Assembly: GCA_044070495.1 (NCBI GenBank)
Contig: JBIPSI010000007.1
Location: 96,001-160,000, forward strand
Reading direction: 5' to 3'
DNA: 64,000 nucleotides
Origin: Spirulina sp.
GTDB taxonomy: Bacteria > Cyanobacteriota > Cyanobacteriia > Phormidesmidales > Phormidesmidaceae
Shown here: piece after piece, positions 18,692 to 27,878 of the stretch
Position numbering within the stretch: position 1 is the stretch's first letter
How the letters are laid out: every line of letters starts with the position of its first letter
Program-made: the position numbers and the translations under genes
The notes under the pieces: generated by a model
Databases searched by the model: none
Told to the model about the DNA's origin: nothing
What the model saw: the letters and a program-made list of their open reading frames with translations, nothing else

Positions 18692-18950
18692 AGTATCAAC
18701 TCCTTAAAATATTTTTAGCCAACAACGTTAAACGTCGCTGACCTAGAACCCAATCAAAAATTTTCATCGAAGCATCAAAAATCAAAGCTATCAGTCAATC
18801 AATGACAGCTCCACTGACCTTCCGAATAACAGTGCTTAATCCCAAAAATCTTGACAATATCTTAGGAGCGGGATTGACTTAAACGAAATAGATTTTTTGG
18901 AAATCTGAGCCTAGAGTACTATCAACTAAAATCCGAGACAACTAGCGAAA

Positions 18951-18980
18951 TAAAATCTGAACTTAATCTATAGTTAACCT
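18951..18980 (+). promoter_or_regulatory. Candidate Pho box (SphR/PhoB): three 8-mers at 11-bp spacing
   Basis: TAAAATCT-gaa-CTTAATCT-ata-GTTAACCT vs cyanobacterial PyTTAAPyPy(T/A); upstream of the Na/Pi transporter but in opposite orientation. Confidence 0.4.
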
Positions 18981-19089
18981 GCGAGATCAGGCCTTTCACT
19001 TAGCAAGTAGAGTGAGTCATTATAGGAAACTGATATGAAAAGTTGGCGAGAAGCTAATGTGACAAAATAGATATTTCACTGCTCGATCA

Positions 19090-19219
19090 CTGGTTGACTG
19101 ACAAAAGATCCTGCGCCGGACGCGGAAACCGCGCCCCTACAAGATTTGGATAATGTAGGGGTCAGGTCTCCTGACCCTTTGGCGGATCTGGGTTCTCGCA
19201 AGTTTTGTCAGTCAACCAG
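19090..19219. mobile_element. 130-bp MITE (family B) with a 9-bp TSD
   Basis: TIR CTGGTTGACTGACAAAA / TTTTGTCAGTCAACCAG; GCTCGATCA duplicated on both sides; interior is an inverted GTAGGGG REP pair. Confidence 0.9.
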
Positions 19220-19379
19220 GCTCGATCATCGGACTTAATCTATGTTTAATGAGTCGTGGGTGCGTTCCAGTCTGCCTCTGGGTGGTGCAATAGTGGAATC
19301 TATCCGACAAAGCCAACAGAATCCAAGGCACAGTATGTTGTCCTTCGGGTCTTCTCTAGTCCACCTAATCGACTGAGCG

Positions 19380-20102
19380 ATGCAGCGGATTATTATCCAG
19401 CCCGACCAAATTCAGGACCATCACCTCACCCTTACCGCCGATCAGCAGCATTACCTCCATCGAGTGCTGCGGCTGGTGGCGGGGGATCGGTTTATGGCCC
19501 TGGATGGTCAAGGTCAACAGTGGGTGGCGACGTTGGGTAAGGATCCTGGATTCGCCCACCTCGCCCCCTTGGCAACGGCTGCCCCTGTTCTGCCAAACGT
19601 CACCCTAGCCATCGCGCTCCCCAAGGGCAGCGGCTTTGACGATGTGGTGCGCCAAACCACCGAGATCGGCGTGGACACCCTACAACCGTTGATTACCCAG
19701 CGCACCCTGCACCAGCCCAACCTCAAAAAGCTGGAACGCTGGCAGCGCATTGCCGCCGAAGCCACCGAACAATGCGAGCGTCCCAACCTGCCGAACCTTC
19801 AGTCACCCATGCCCTGGGCCGACTACCTGCGCCAAGACCTGCCCCCCCAGCGCTGGATCTGCCTTGCCCGTGGAGAATCCCAGCCCTTACTCACCGTCGC
19901 CCAGGCTAGCGATCCCAACCTCGGCACCGTGATCGCCATCGGGCCAGAGGGGGGCTGGACAGAGGCCGAAATCACTGCCGCCCTCGCCGCCGGATTTCAG
20001 CCCGCTTCCCTAGGGCCAACGGTGCTCCGGGCCGTGACTGCCCCCATGGTGGCCCTGGCCCTGGCCCTGGCTGGCCTTGATTCAGGGAATCCGCAGCGGT
20101 AA
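19380..20102 (+). CDS. rsmE: 16S rRNA m3U1498 methyltransferase RsmE
   Basis: HYLHRVLRL, EATEQCER, IAIGPEGGW, LGPTVLRAVTA. Confidence 0.93.
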   Translation: MQRIIIQPDQIQDHHLTLTADQQHYLHRVLRLVAGDRFMALDGQGQQWVATLGKDPGFAHLAPLATAAPVLPNVTLAIALPKGSGFDDVVRQTTEIGVDTLQPLITQRTLHQPNLKKLERWQRIAAEATEQCERPNLPNLQSPMPWADYLRQDLPPQRWICLARGESQPLLTVAQASDPNLGTVIAIGPEGGWTEAEITAALAAGFQPASLGPTVLRAVTAPMVALALALAGLDSGNPQR

Positions 20103-20179
20103 GCCGCCATGCCCTGAGGCCCTAGCGCCTTTAGAATAGAGAGGTCATTTTACGTTGCGTCTAACGCCGTTCTTGCCCT

Positions 20180-20461
20180 ATGCCGCCCCGCTGGCCCCGT
20201 AAACCCACCCGCGAAGATCCCGCCTACCGTCGCCTAGAAGACCGCATCAACTTTGCGGTGCATGTGGCGGCCTTCATTGCCGTCAATTCTGGGCTGTGGT
20301 TTTTCCATACCCTCAACCCCGCCTGGGTAAGCTGGGTGCAGTGGGTTACCCTGGCTTGGCTCCCCGCCCTGGTGGGGCACGGCATCTACATCTTCGCCAT
20401 TGCCGATTATTCGCCCATCCCCCTATCCCCCGTAGAACCCAACGATCCAGGAGAGGTTTAA
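20180..20461 (+). CDS. 2TM-domain small membrane protein
   Basis: MPPRWPRKP...DPAYRRLEDRINFAVHVA..NSGLWFF; two TM helices. Confidence 0.8.
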   Translation: MPPRWPRKPTREDPAYRRLEDRINFAVHVAAFIAVNSGLWFFHTLNPAWVSWVQWVTLAWLPALVGHGIYIFAIADYSPIPLSPVEPNDPGEV

Positions 20462-20463
20462 CC

Positions 20464-20772
20464 ATGGCTAGCGCCGGAAGCAGTCGCGCAATTGAAGCCC
20501 TCGCCGCCGCCATTGGCGATCAAGCCTATATCGATGTGGCCAAGTGGCATCTCTACCTCGGCGATGCCAAACTCCATACGTCCTTAGCCGAACGGATCTA
20601 TCCGCTCATTGATGACGGCACCTTTGATGAATCGGCCCTAATGGATGTCCTGGCTAGCTTTTCCGTCGCCCTGGGGGGAGGCAAGAAAACCGTTTCCCTC
20701 GCCGATCTGATTCCGTCGGGCAGTCAGGCCGATCTACTCCGCGCCATCGAAGACTACCAGCGAGATCGGTAA
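20464..20772 (+). CDS. DUF3181 family protein
   Basis: IEALAAAIGDQAYIDVAKWHLYLGDAKL...VALGGG; GGAGAGG RBS. Confidence 0.8.
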   Translation: MASAGSSRAIEALAAAIGDQAYIDVAKWHLYLGDAKLHTSLAERIYPLIDDGTFDESALMDVLASFSVALGGGKKTVSLADLIPSGSQADLLRAIEDYQRDR

Positions 20773-20821
20773 CGTTACCCCCCATCCACACGCCTACTTC
20801 TATGGATAGGAGAACATTTCC

Positions 20822-21172
20822 ATGCCACTAATCAAGGTGCAAACCTCGGTACCCTCCCCCGATAAGGCCCAAGTGGAGAGCCTGCTGAAGGATCTGTCGG
20901 CCCGCTTGGCCAGCCATTTGGGCAAGCCCGAATCCTACGTGATGACCTCCTTCACCGCCGATGTACCCATGACCTTTGCGGGCACCACCGACCCCGTCTG
21001 CTACATCGAAATCAAAAGCGTCGGCACGATGGGCAGCAAAACCAAAGCCATGAGCCAAGATTTCTGTACCCAGGTGGAAAGCGCCCTTGGCGTACCGAAA
21101 AATCGGGTGTATATCGAATTTGCCGATGCCCCAGGGGCCATGTGGGGCTGGAACGGCGGCACCTTTGGGTAG
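20822..21172 (+). CDS. MIF/phenylpyruvate tautomerase family protein
   Basis: N-terminal catalytic Pro (MPLIKVQT), LGKPESYVM, WGWNGGTF. Confidence 0.9.
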   Translation: MPLIKVQTSVPSPDKAQVESLLKDLSARLASHLGKPESYVMTSFTADVPMTFAGTTDPVCYIEIKSVGTMGSKTKAMSQDFCTQVESALGVPKNRVYIEFADAPGAMWGWNGGTFG

Positions 21173-21199
21173 ATTTATGGTTAACGCAAAGTCCTCGCA

Positions 21200-21293
21200 G
21201 CCCTCACCCTAAATCCCTCTCCCCAAGGGAGAGGGACTTTGAAACAGGTTCTGGCTCCCCTCTCCCACAGGGAGAGGGGCTGGGGGTGAGGGC
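21200..21293. repeat. Free CCCTCTCCC/GGGAGAGGG double-hairpin dispersed repeat
   Basis: GCCCTCACCCTAAATCCCTCTCCC...GGGAGAGGGACTTTGAA...GGGAGAGGGGCTGGGGGTGAGGGC; relatives inside the MITEs at 7635, 34393, 43732 and 50202. Confidence 0.8.
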
Positions 21294-21335
21294 CATACCG
21301 TAGGTTGCCGTGGTTTTGTCATGGACTGAACTGGC

Positions 21336-23918
21336 CTAAAAGGGCACATCCTTATCGGGGTGGGAGGGCTGATGAGCCGCTGCCTTAGAGGGTTTTGGAC
21401 TAGGGCCACCCAGCAGCGCATCGAGGTCGTCGTCAATATCTACCACCTGCCCATTGAAAAACTGGGCAAAGTTCTTCACGGCCCGATCAAAGTCGCTGGC
21501 GATCTCCGGCAGGGGTGGCCTTGTGGGTATGGCGTTGGCCATCGGAGCAGATGGGGCCGAGTTCCCATTGGCAGGTACGGGCGCAGCCACGGGGGCAGCA
21601 GCCGGGATGGAAGTGTTGGTTTCTGCGGTTTGGGACGGGTTGACCACAGGGGCAGGAACCGCATTGGTCGGGGGATGCGGCGGGTAGGGCGGGTAGGGCG
21701 TAGCAGGCGGCTCGGATACCCCCTGCCCCGGTGCCTGGGAAATGTTGGGGGCTGGGGCCTCAGGCTTTGGGTCGGGCAGCACCTCCAGGGAAACCACCAC
21801 TTTTCGATTCAGCACTTTCTGGAAGGCCGCTTCCACATTTTCGACCCTGCCCTGGGCCATCTTAAACAGGGGCCGAGAGCTAATCCCCACCCTGGCCACA
21901 GACCCATCAAAAAAGACTAGGCTACCCTGCTGAAGCATCAACGCACGGGTACCCAGGGGTTCTAAGACCGCAATCACCTGCGCCCACAGATGGGGTAAAT
22001 CGGCATTCGCGACGGTGGCACCCTGGCCATTATTCGGCGGCGGCGGAATATAATCCGATGCGGGTACTGGCGTTGGTTCTGCGGGGCGATCCGCTTGGGG
22101 TTGTGCCGCTGGGGGCCGATCTGGCGTGGACTGATCTGGCGGCGGGGCTGGCGTTGGCGGCGGCGTGAAAGCCGTCGTCGGTGGCGGAGCGCTGGGAGTA
22201 ATGGTTCTCTCCGGTGCGGGGGCGGCAGGTTGAGAAGACACCGCCGGACGAGGAGCCATACCCATAGCGGGACTCGTCGTAACCAAACTGGCTAGGGTCG
22301 ATGGCAACAGCCCTAATAATGTGACCTCTAGCCAAAGGCGCGGCTGGGTGGTGTTTTTCACCTGGGCTTCGGCACTGCGGAGGTGCTGTTGGCCCATCAG
22401 CAACAGGGGGGTATCCAGGGCTTGAACCAAAGTCTGCATGTCAGCCCAGGTGGGGGGCGTGATGGCTACCAAATCCTGACGACCGCCCGCCGTTTTGGCA
22501 ATCAGCAAATCTCGGTAGAACCCGGCCAAATTTTGCAGCACAATCAGCGGCTCTCGGCCCCGATCCATCAATTTACGGGCCTGGTCTAAAACCGTGCTGC
22601 CATCATCGCTGAGGATGGCCTGCACCAGGGCCAGCAAATCCCGCTCTGGCACCGCCCCCACCAAATCCCACACGGCATCGGCGGTGATGGGCGGCTCTAG
22701 CAAACTGAGCTGATCCAGCAAACTCTGGGCATCCCGCAAGCCCCCCTGAGACACCTGGGCCACCAGCCGCAGGGCTTCATCGTTAATGGCAATCTCTTCC
22801 TGAGTGGCGATGTTCCGCAGGTGGAGAATCATCGGCTCTAGGGGAATGCGCCGATAATCAAACCGCTGACAGCGAGAAATGATCGTCGGCAACACCCGCT
22901 GGGGATCGGTTGTGGCCAGCACAAACACCACATTGCTGGGCGGCTCCTCCAGGGTTTTCAGCAGGGCATTGAACGCGGCGGTACTCAACATGTGGCAGTT
23001 GTGCACCAGCAAGCTATTGGCCACAAAGTTGTGGTTGTCTTCCACCTCAATGTCGTAAACCGCCTCAACCCCAGCGGGGCGGACAGATACGACCGTCTCC
23101 AAATTTGTAGCCCATAGCTGGGATTGAGATTTATCGAGCAGCGCTGTAGGACTTTTGGCCGTAGGTGTTGCCCTTAAATTGGTGTCCCCGAACGAAGCGG
23201 CGCGGTCGGTGGTCGGAGCCAACGGCAGGGATGAGGGTGCCGCATCCACAGGCGCAGGGGATAAGATTTGGTGCCCTGCTTGAAGTTCTCCGGCGGCTAT
23301 CCATCCTTCCGTTGTCCTAATCAAATGATTCTCAGTACATCGGATCCGACGATGGGTGGTCTGAATGTCCAAGATGGGACGAACACCTTGGTCTAGCCAG
23401 CGCACCGCCCGCTTAAATTCCCATTGTTGAGATGCTTCGTTGTAGCTGAGTACCTGTTTTCCCTCAATGGTGGGGTCGTCAATCCTCATGGGGCCATCGG
23501 CGGTGAGAACGAGGGAATCTCCGGTCAGGCACTCGTCGATCACGTAAACCTTGTACCGACACTGCACTGGGGCAAACTGGGCGCGTTCGATTAGTTCCCG
23601 GATGTTGTCCACCCCGGTGTTGCTGGCGGCGTCGATTTCAATGAAATCCAGCGCTGAACCGTTGGTGATGGAACGGCAGGTTTCGCAGGTGCCGCAGGGT
23701 TCGGGGGTAGGGTGGTCTTGGTTGATGCAGTTGAGGGATTTGGCCAAAATCCGGGCGCTGGAAGTTTTGCCCGTGCCCCTGGGGCCACAGAACAGGTAGG
23801 CCGGAGCAATCCGTTGCTGGTTGAGGGCGTTGGACAGCGTGGTGGCAATGGCATCTTGGCCCACCAGTTGGTTAAACCGCTGGGGACGATACTTGTGGTG
23901 CAGGGGTTCGTAGGCCAT
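21336..23918 (-). CDS. dnaX: DNA polymerase III subunit gamma/tau, intein-containing
   Basis: HHKYRPQRF, GPRGTGKTS, EIDAASNTGVD, KVYVIDE|C...HN|CHMLSTAAFNALLKTLEEPP, SRCQRF. Confidence 0.96.
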   Translation of the reverse strand: MAYEPLHHKYRPQRFNQLVGQDAIATTLSNALNQQRIAPAYLFCGPRGTGKTSSARILAKSLNCINQDHPTPEPCGTCETCRSITNGSALDFIEIDAASNTGVDNIRELIERAQFAPVQCRYKVYVIDECLTGDSLVLTADGPMRIDDPTIEGKQVLSYNEASQQWEFKRAVRWLDQGVRPILDIQTTHRRIRCTENHLIRTTEGWIAAGELQAGHQILSPAPVDAAPSSLPLAPTTDRAASFGDTNLRATPTAKSPTALLDKSQSQLWATNLETVVSVRPAGVEAVYDIEVEDNHNFVANSLLVHNCHMLSTAAFNALLKTLEEPPSNVVFVLATTDPQRVLPTIISRCQRFDYRRIPLEPMILHLRNIATQEEIAINDEALRLVAQVSQGGLRDAQSLLDQLSLLEPPITADAVWDLVGAVPERDLLALVQAILSDDGSTVLDQARKLMDRGREPLIVLQNLAGFYRDLLIAKTAGGRQDLVAITPPTWADMQTLVQALDTPLLLMGQQHLRSAEAQVKNTTQPRLWLEVTLLGLLPSTLASLVTTSPAMGMAPRPAVSSQPAAPAPERTITPSAPPPTTAFTPPPTPAPPPDQSTPDRPPAAQPQADRPAEPTPVPASDYIPPPPNNGQGATVANADLPHLWAQVIAVLEPLGTRALMLQQGSLVFFDGSVARVGISSRPLFKMAQGRVENVEAAFQKVLNRKVVVSLEVLPDPKPEAPAPNISQAPGQGVSEPPATPYPPYPPHPPTNAVPAPVVNPSQTAETNTSIPAAAPVAAPVPANGNSAPSAPMANAIPTRPPLPEIASDFDRAVKNFAQFFNGQVVDIDDDLDALLGGPSPKPSKAAAHQPSHPDKDVPF
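22998..23531 (-). mobile_element. DnaX mini-intein (178 aa), no in-frame endonuclease
   Basis: Block A CLTGDSLV, block B RCTENHLI, block F VYDIEVEDNHNFVAN, terminal HN followed by a Cys +1 residue. Confidence 0.93.
23131..23304 (-). pseudogene. Out-of-frame 57-aa ORF nested in the intein: truncated CG-domain remnant of a homing endonuclease gene
   Basis: ATG after AGGA/GGAAGG; MDSRRRTSSRAPNLIPCACGCGTLIPAVGSDHRPRRFVRGHQFKGNTYGQKSYSAAR*. Confidence 0.7.
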
Positions 23919-23971
23919 AGCATTAAGATACCCTGCCTACCCAACCTTGGGCCAAGGCCAAGACGTTAGCC

Positions 23972-24472
23972 TTAGGAATCGCTTTGCCAATGCTCTGGAA
24001 ACTCAACAATTAAGGTGTCCATCTCCGCAATGCTACAGCCAGCCGGGACGGGGCAATTGCGGTTTACCTGGGATCGTTGCATCCGGGCTTGGGCCTGGTT
24101 AGCCAACTGTCGCACCTGCTCAACGGCAGCGGAAATTTCCTGCTTTTGTACCTGCTCAGGGGGCGCTTGGGCCGTGGCTGGGGCCAAGGTGGCGGCGGTG
24201 GCGGCGACTGGGGGAACCGTGGGTCTGGGTGACGCTGGCGCTGGGCGAGACTGGCGAGGAATGTAGCCCTGAAAGTAGGCAATGGCCAGCCGTCGAAACA
24301 AGATCTTCAGGTGATCGGGGAGCGATTTCTCGACCTGATCGGGCTTTTCCACAAGATCAACAATTTGCCCCATGGCGTGGGCAATCAGGGTATTATCTTG
24401 GCGGCTGGTGGGGTAAGTATCTTTGAGATCAAGCCAACAGGCTTCAAAAGCCTCAAGTTCGCGTAGCAGCAT
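23972..24472 (-). CDS. Hypothetical protein
   Basis: 166-aa ORF co-oriented upstream of dnaX; no recognised motif. Confidence 0.55.
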   Translation of the reverse strand: MLLRELEAFEACWLDLKDTYPTSRQDNTLIAHAMGQIVDLVEKPDQVEKSLPDHLKILFRRLAIAYFQGYIPRQSRPAPASPRPTVPPVAATAATLAPATAQAPPEQVQKQEISAAVEQVRQLANQAQARMQRSQVNRNCPVPAGCSIAEMDTLIVEFPEHWQSDS

Positions 24473-24652
24473 GGGATCACCTGGGCAGCAGGTAGATGTG
24501 GGCCGTGACGAAACAGGTGCACCCGTCCCATGACCTGAGCGGTTGATGCTGGGGGAGAATGGGGTTCTTAATTATTAATGTGCCCTAAAATGGCCCCCTT
24601 CAGCCCTCCCCTAGCGTGAAGATTTGATGTATTGAGGAGTTGTAACAAATCC

Positions 24653-25138
24653 ATGGCGGTTGTCGAAAAAATCTATACCGATGGAGCCTGTTCCGGCAAT
24701 CCGGGGCCAGGGGGCTGGGGCACCGTGCTCTATTTTGCCGATGGCGGCATCCACGAACTGGGGGGTGGATCGCGCCAAACCACCAACAACCGCATGGAAA
24801 TGCAGGCCGCCATTGCCGGACTAACCTGGCTGCGAGACAGCGGCCAAACCCAGCCCGTCGCCATCTACACCGATAGCGAGTATGTGCTTAAGGGAATTAC
24901 CCAGTGGATCGCCGGATGGAAGCGGCGGGGCTGGGTGAATTCCGCCAAAAAGCCCGTTCTCAACCGCGACCTGTGGGAACAGCTTGACCAAGTCACCACC
25001 GAGGTGAACAAAACCCTGGATAAGCCCTTGCAGTGGGTTTATGTGCGGGGGCATTCAGGCAACGTGGGCAACGAACGCTGCGACACCATTGCCCGTGCCT
25101 TTGCCGCCAACCGCCCCATTGACCTCACGACCCTCTAG
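24653..25138 (+). CDS. rnhA: Ribonuclease HI
   Basis: [43 protein letters not shown]. Confidence 0.96.
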   Translation: MAVVEKIYTDGACSGNPGPGGWGTVLYFADGGIHELGGGSRQTTNNRMEMQAAIAGLTWLRDSGQTQPVAIYTDSEYVLKGITQWIAGWKRRGWVNSAKKPVLNRDLWEQLDQVTTEVNKTLDKPLQWVYVRGHSGNVGNERCDTIARAFAANRPIDLTTL

Positions 25139-25353
25139 GAATCCAGATCTCCCAGCGGGCTATCTATTTTGATGACGTGCGGCGATCTGTCCGAAATGCG
25201 GGGGGACGGGCTTGTATCTAATGCTCCGACGACGTGCACTCCCATCGTCGGGGAGGCCACTGGACGGCGAGGTTTGGCCGGAAACCCACCACCGCTCCCC
25301 TCGACCGATACTATTTATATGTAGAAAAAATTTGATCATTTGCGGGGGCTGCC

Positions 25354-26508
25354 GTGTTGCTATCAAAAGGGTTTGAAGTCGAGATGTACACGGGCACCCC
25401 CAGCGGGAACGTGGTCGGCCTGTCCGACCGCATTGTGGCTAACCTCAACGGCTTTGTGCGCGAACCCGACAGCCGCAATGTGGAATACACCACCCCGCCC
25501 CTCTGCCAGTACGAAAAGCTGCTGTGCGAACTGGTGCGCCCCCGCCATGAATTACGGCAATACCTGCACGGCCTGGGCGACTATACCCTCATTCCCGGCA
25601 GTACTCTTTCCCTTGGGCCAACGGATCGCTTCTTCCGTTCAGACCCCAGCAACCCCTACCACTCCTACATCGAGCAAACCTACGGCACCACCGTCGTCAC
25701 CGCCAGCATTCACATTAATATCGGCATTTCCGACCCCGAACTGCTGATGCGGGCCTGCCGCCTGGTGCGGGTAGAAGCGCCCCTCTACCTAGCCCTCACC
25801 GCTTCCTCCCCCTTCCTGAATGGGGAAGTCACGGGATCCCACTCTAGCCGCTGGCAGGTGTTCCCCAAAACCCCCGCCGATGTGCCCTTGTTTGAGAGCC
25901 ACCTGCACCACATTCGCTGGATGGAGGAGCAACTGGCGGTGGGCACCATGCAAAATGTGCGTCACCTGTGGTCTTCGGTGCGGCCCAATGGCGACCGTCG
26001 CCCCTACAGCCTCAACCGCCTAGAACTGCGAATCTGCGACCTGATTAGCGACCCCATCGCCCTCCTAGCGGTGACCGCGTTGCTAGAGGCCCGTCTGATT
26101 CAGATGATGCAGAACCCCGATCTCGATCCCCTGCTACAGAGCCAGTTTCCCCAGGACAGCCGCAACCACGATCTCGTCCTCCTTAGCGACGCTAACGAAA
26201 TGGCCGTCGCCAAGCACAGCCTGGAGGCCGAGCTGCACCATTGGCAGGATGGTCGGCCCATTTTGGCTAAGGAATGGATCCAAAATCTCTATGATGAGGT
26301 GTGGCCCATCGCCAAGGCCAACGGGATTAGCTGTTTTCTCAGCCCGGTGAAGAAAATTTTGCGGGAAGGCAACGAGGCCCAGCACTGGCTGCGGCAGTAC
26401 GAGGCCGGACAGTCGGTGTCCGCTGTTCTGATGACGGCGATTCAAGCGGTTCAACACCAAGAGGATCAGTTGGCTAAGGATCTCTGTGAACCCTGTGTAG
26501 CGGCGTGA
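25354..26508 (+). CDS. gshA: Glutamate--cysteine ligase, cyanobacterial type
   Basis: LLSKGFEVEMYTG, EPDSRNVEYTT, TASIHINIG, SSPFL, WSSVRPNG, RLELRICD. Confidence 0.92.
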   Translation: MLLSKGFEVEMYTGTPSGNVVGLSDRIVANLNGFVREPDSRNVEYTTPPLCQYEKLLCELVRPRHELRQYLHGLGDYTLIPGSTLSLGPTDRFFRSDPSNPYHSYIEQTYGTTVVTASIHINIGISDPELLMRACRLVRVEAPLYLALTASSPFLNGEVTGSHSSRWQVFPKTPADVPLFESHLHHIRWMEEQLAVGTMQNVRHLWSSVRPNGDRRPYSLNRLELRICDLISDPIALLAVTALLEARLIQMMQNPDLDPLLQSQFPQDSRNHDLVLLSDANEMAVAKHSLEAELHHWQDGRPILAKEWIQNLYDEVWPIAKANGISCFLSPVKKILREGNEAQHWLRQYEAGQSVSAVLMTAIQAVQHQEDQLAKDLCEPCVAA

Positions 26509-26760
26509 TCGACAACGACCTCAGATCTCTCCACAACCCCGCTTGCCTCCGCCATGACCGTCAACGTGGGGCAATTGAATATAGATAACTTTAGGTTATA
26601 GCGGTCATCCTTCTCCGTTATCTGGTGCCATCGGTTCCCAGGTTGCCAGGGCATCCGGCTCAACGGATCAATTTGGCACCGAAAGATTAAACTTTTCTAT
26701 CGGTACTAGACATTGCTCCTGTTTTGTGATTTTAATTTTGACCCTCTGTTCACTGCCGTT

Positions 26761-27231
26761 ATGCCACGCCTCGTTCTTGTAAATCCTCAAATTCCGCCGA
26801 ATACTGGCAACATTGCCCGTACCTGCGCCGCAACCAATACACCGCTTCATCTGGTTGCCCCCCTAGGCTTTGATCTCAGCGACCGCTACCTCAAACGGGC
26901 TGGGTTAGACTACTGGCCCTATGTCAACCTCACCCTCCATGACGACTGGGTCGCCTTTGCCCAGCATCAACAAGCCATCGGCGGGCGAACCATGGCCTTC
27001 TGTACCTCTGGAACCCGTCGCTACACCGACGTTGCCTACCAACCCGATGACTGGCTTCTCTTTGGCAGCGAAACCGAGGGACTGCCTGCCACCGTGCTCC
27101 AACAGTGCACCCAGGTGGTTTCCATTCCGATGAATCGCCGTGCGGTGAGAAGCCTGAACTTGGCCAACAGTGCCGCCATCGGACTCTTTGAGGCCCTGCG
27201 CCAGATTGACTGTTGGCCCGAGGACACCTGA
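26761..27231 (+). CDS. trmL: tRNA (cytidine/uridine-34-2'-O)-methyltransferase TrmL
   Basis: PQIPPNTGNIARTCAA, RAGLDYW, FGSETEGLP, RSLNLANS. Confidence 0.93.
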   Translation: MPRLVLVNPQIPPNTGNIARTCAATNTPLHLVAPLGFDLSDRYLKRAGLDYWPYVNLTLHDDWVAFAQHQQAIGGRTMAFCTSGTRRYTDVAYQPDDWLLFGSETEGLPATVLQQCTQVVSIPMNRRAVRSLNLANSAAIGLFEALRQIDCWPEDT

Positions 27232-27878
27232 GAAGAAGGGCTTCCGTTTCCCCGCTGGAGGATCTCCCCCAGGGGGAGTAAGGGATTGCGCTAGGCAGGA
27301 TTGAGAGATTCTTTCTAAGAAGAAGTCATGCCCGATACAAAATGTTGCCTTCCTAGATAAGAAATTCATATGCTCGATCCCTAGAGCACAAAAAACGGGG
27401 ATCAATTGAGGTTTGGGTACCTTACTTTAGGGTGTAAAAGAGTCGCGAAAAGGCTTGCCATGAAAGGGTTTCAGTCTTTTATTTTTGCAATTGCGCCGCC
27501 CCCTTGCCTCGATTCTCACGCTCCGCGCAGCTAGGGGACGCTCTAGGGGACTACGCTTGCCAAATCGTTTTTTATGAGGTTAAACCTATATGTTGTGTTC
27601 GGGATTCTCCGATTTTCCCATCGGCCTATCCCGTACCCATGAATCAGCCCTAGGCATTGATTTTTGCGTTTACTTGTGTAAACTTGCCTAAGTCTCATAG
27701 CACAGGGTATTCTTACCTAGCTAAGACTGGTTCCGTAAGTTCGCTGTTGTTCTACCGTTTGAGTTCCGCTGTTTGTCTGGTTTCCAGAACCGTAGGTTGA
27801 GGGCCTTTTATTGCCTCTGCAAGCGGTTACAGCGGCAATGTTCAAGACGTCGAGCACTGGTTTACAGGAGGTCGTTCC

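Noticed and set aside
21336..22400. Programmed frameshift producing DnaX gamma
   Set aside because: No A-AAA-AAG or long poly-A slippery site seen in the Pro-rich region.
27232..27878. c-di-AMP or other riboswitch upstream of the LysM-M23 gene
   Set aside because: Long leader, but no ydaO-type or other recognisable consensus by eye; needs an Rfam scan.
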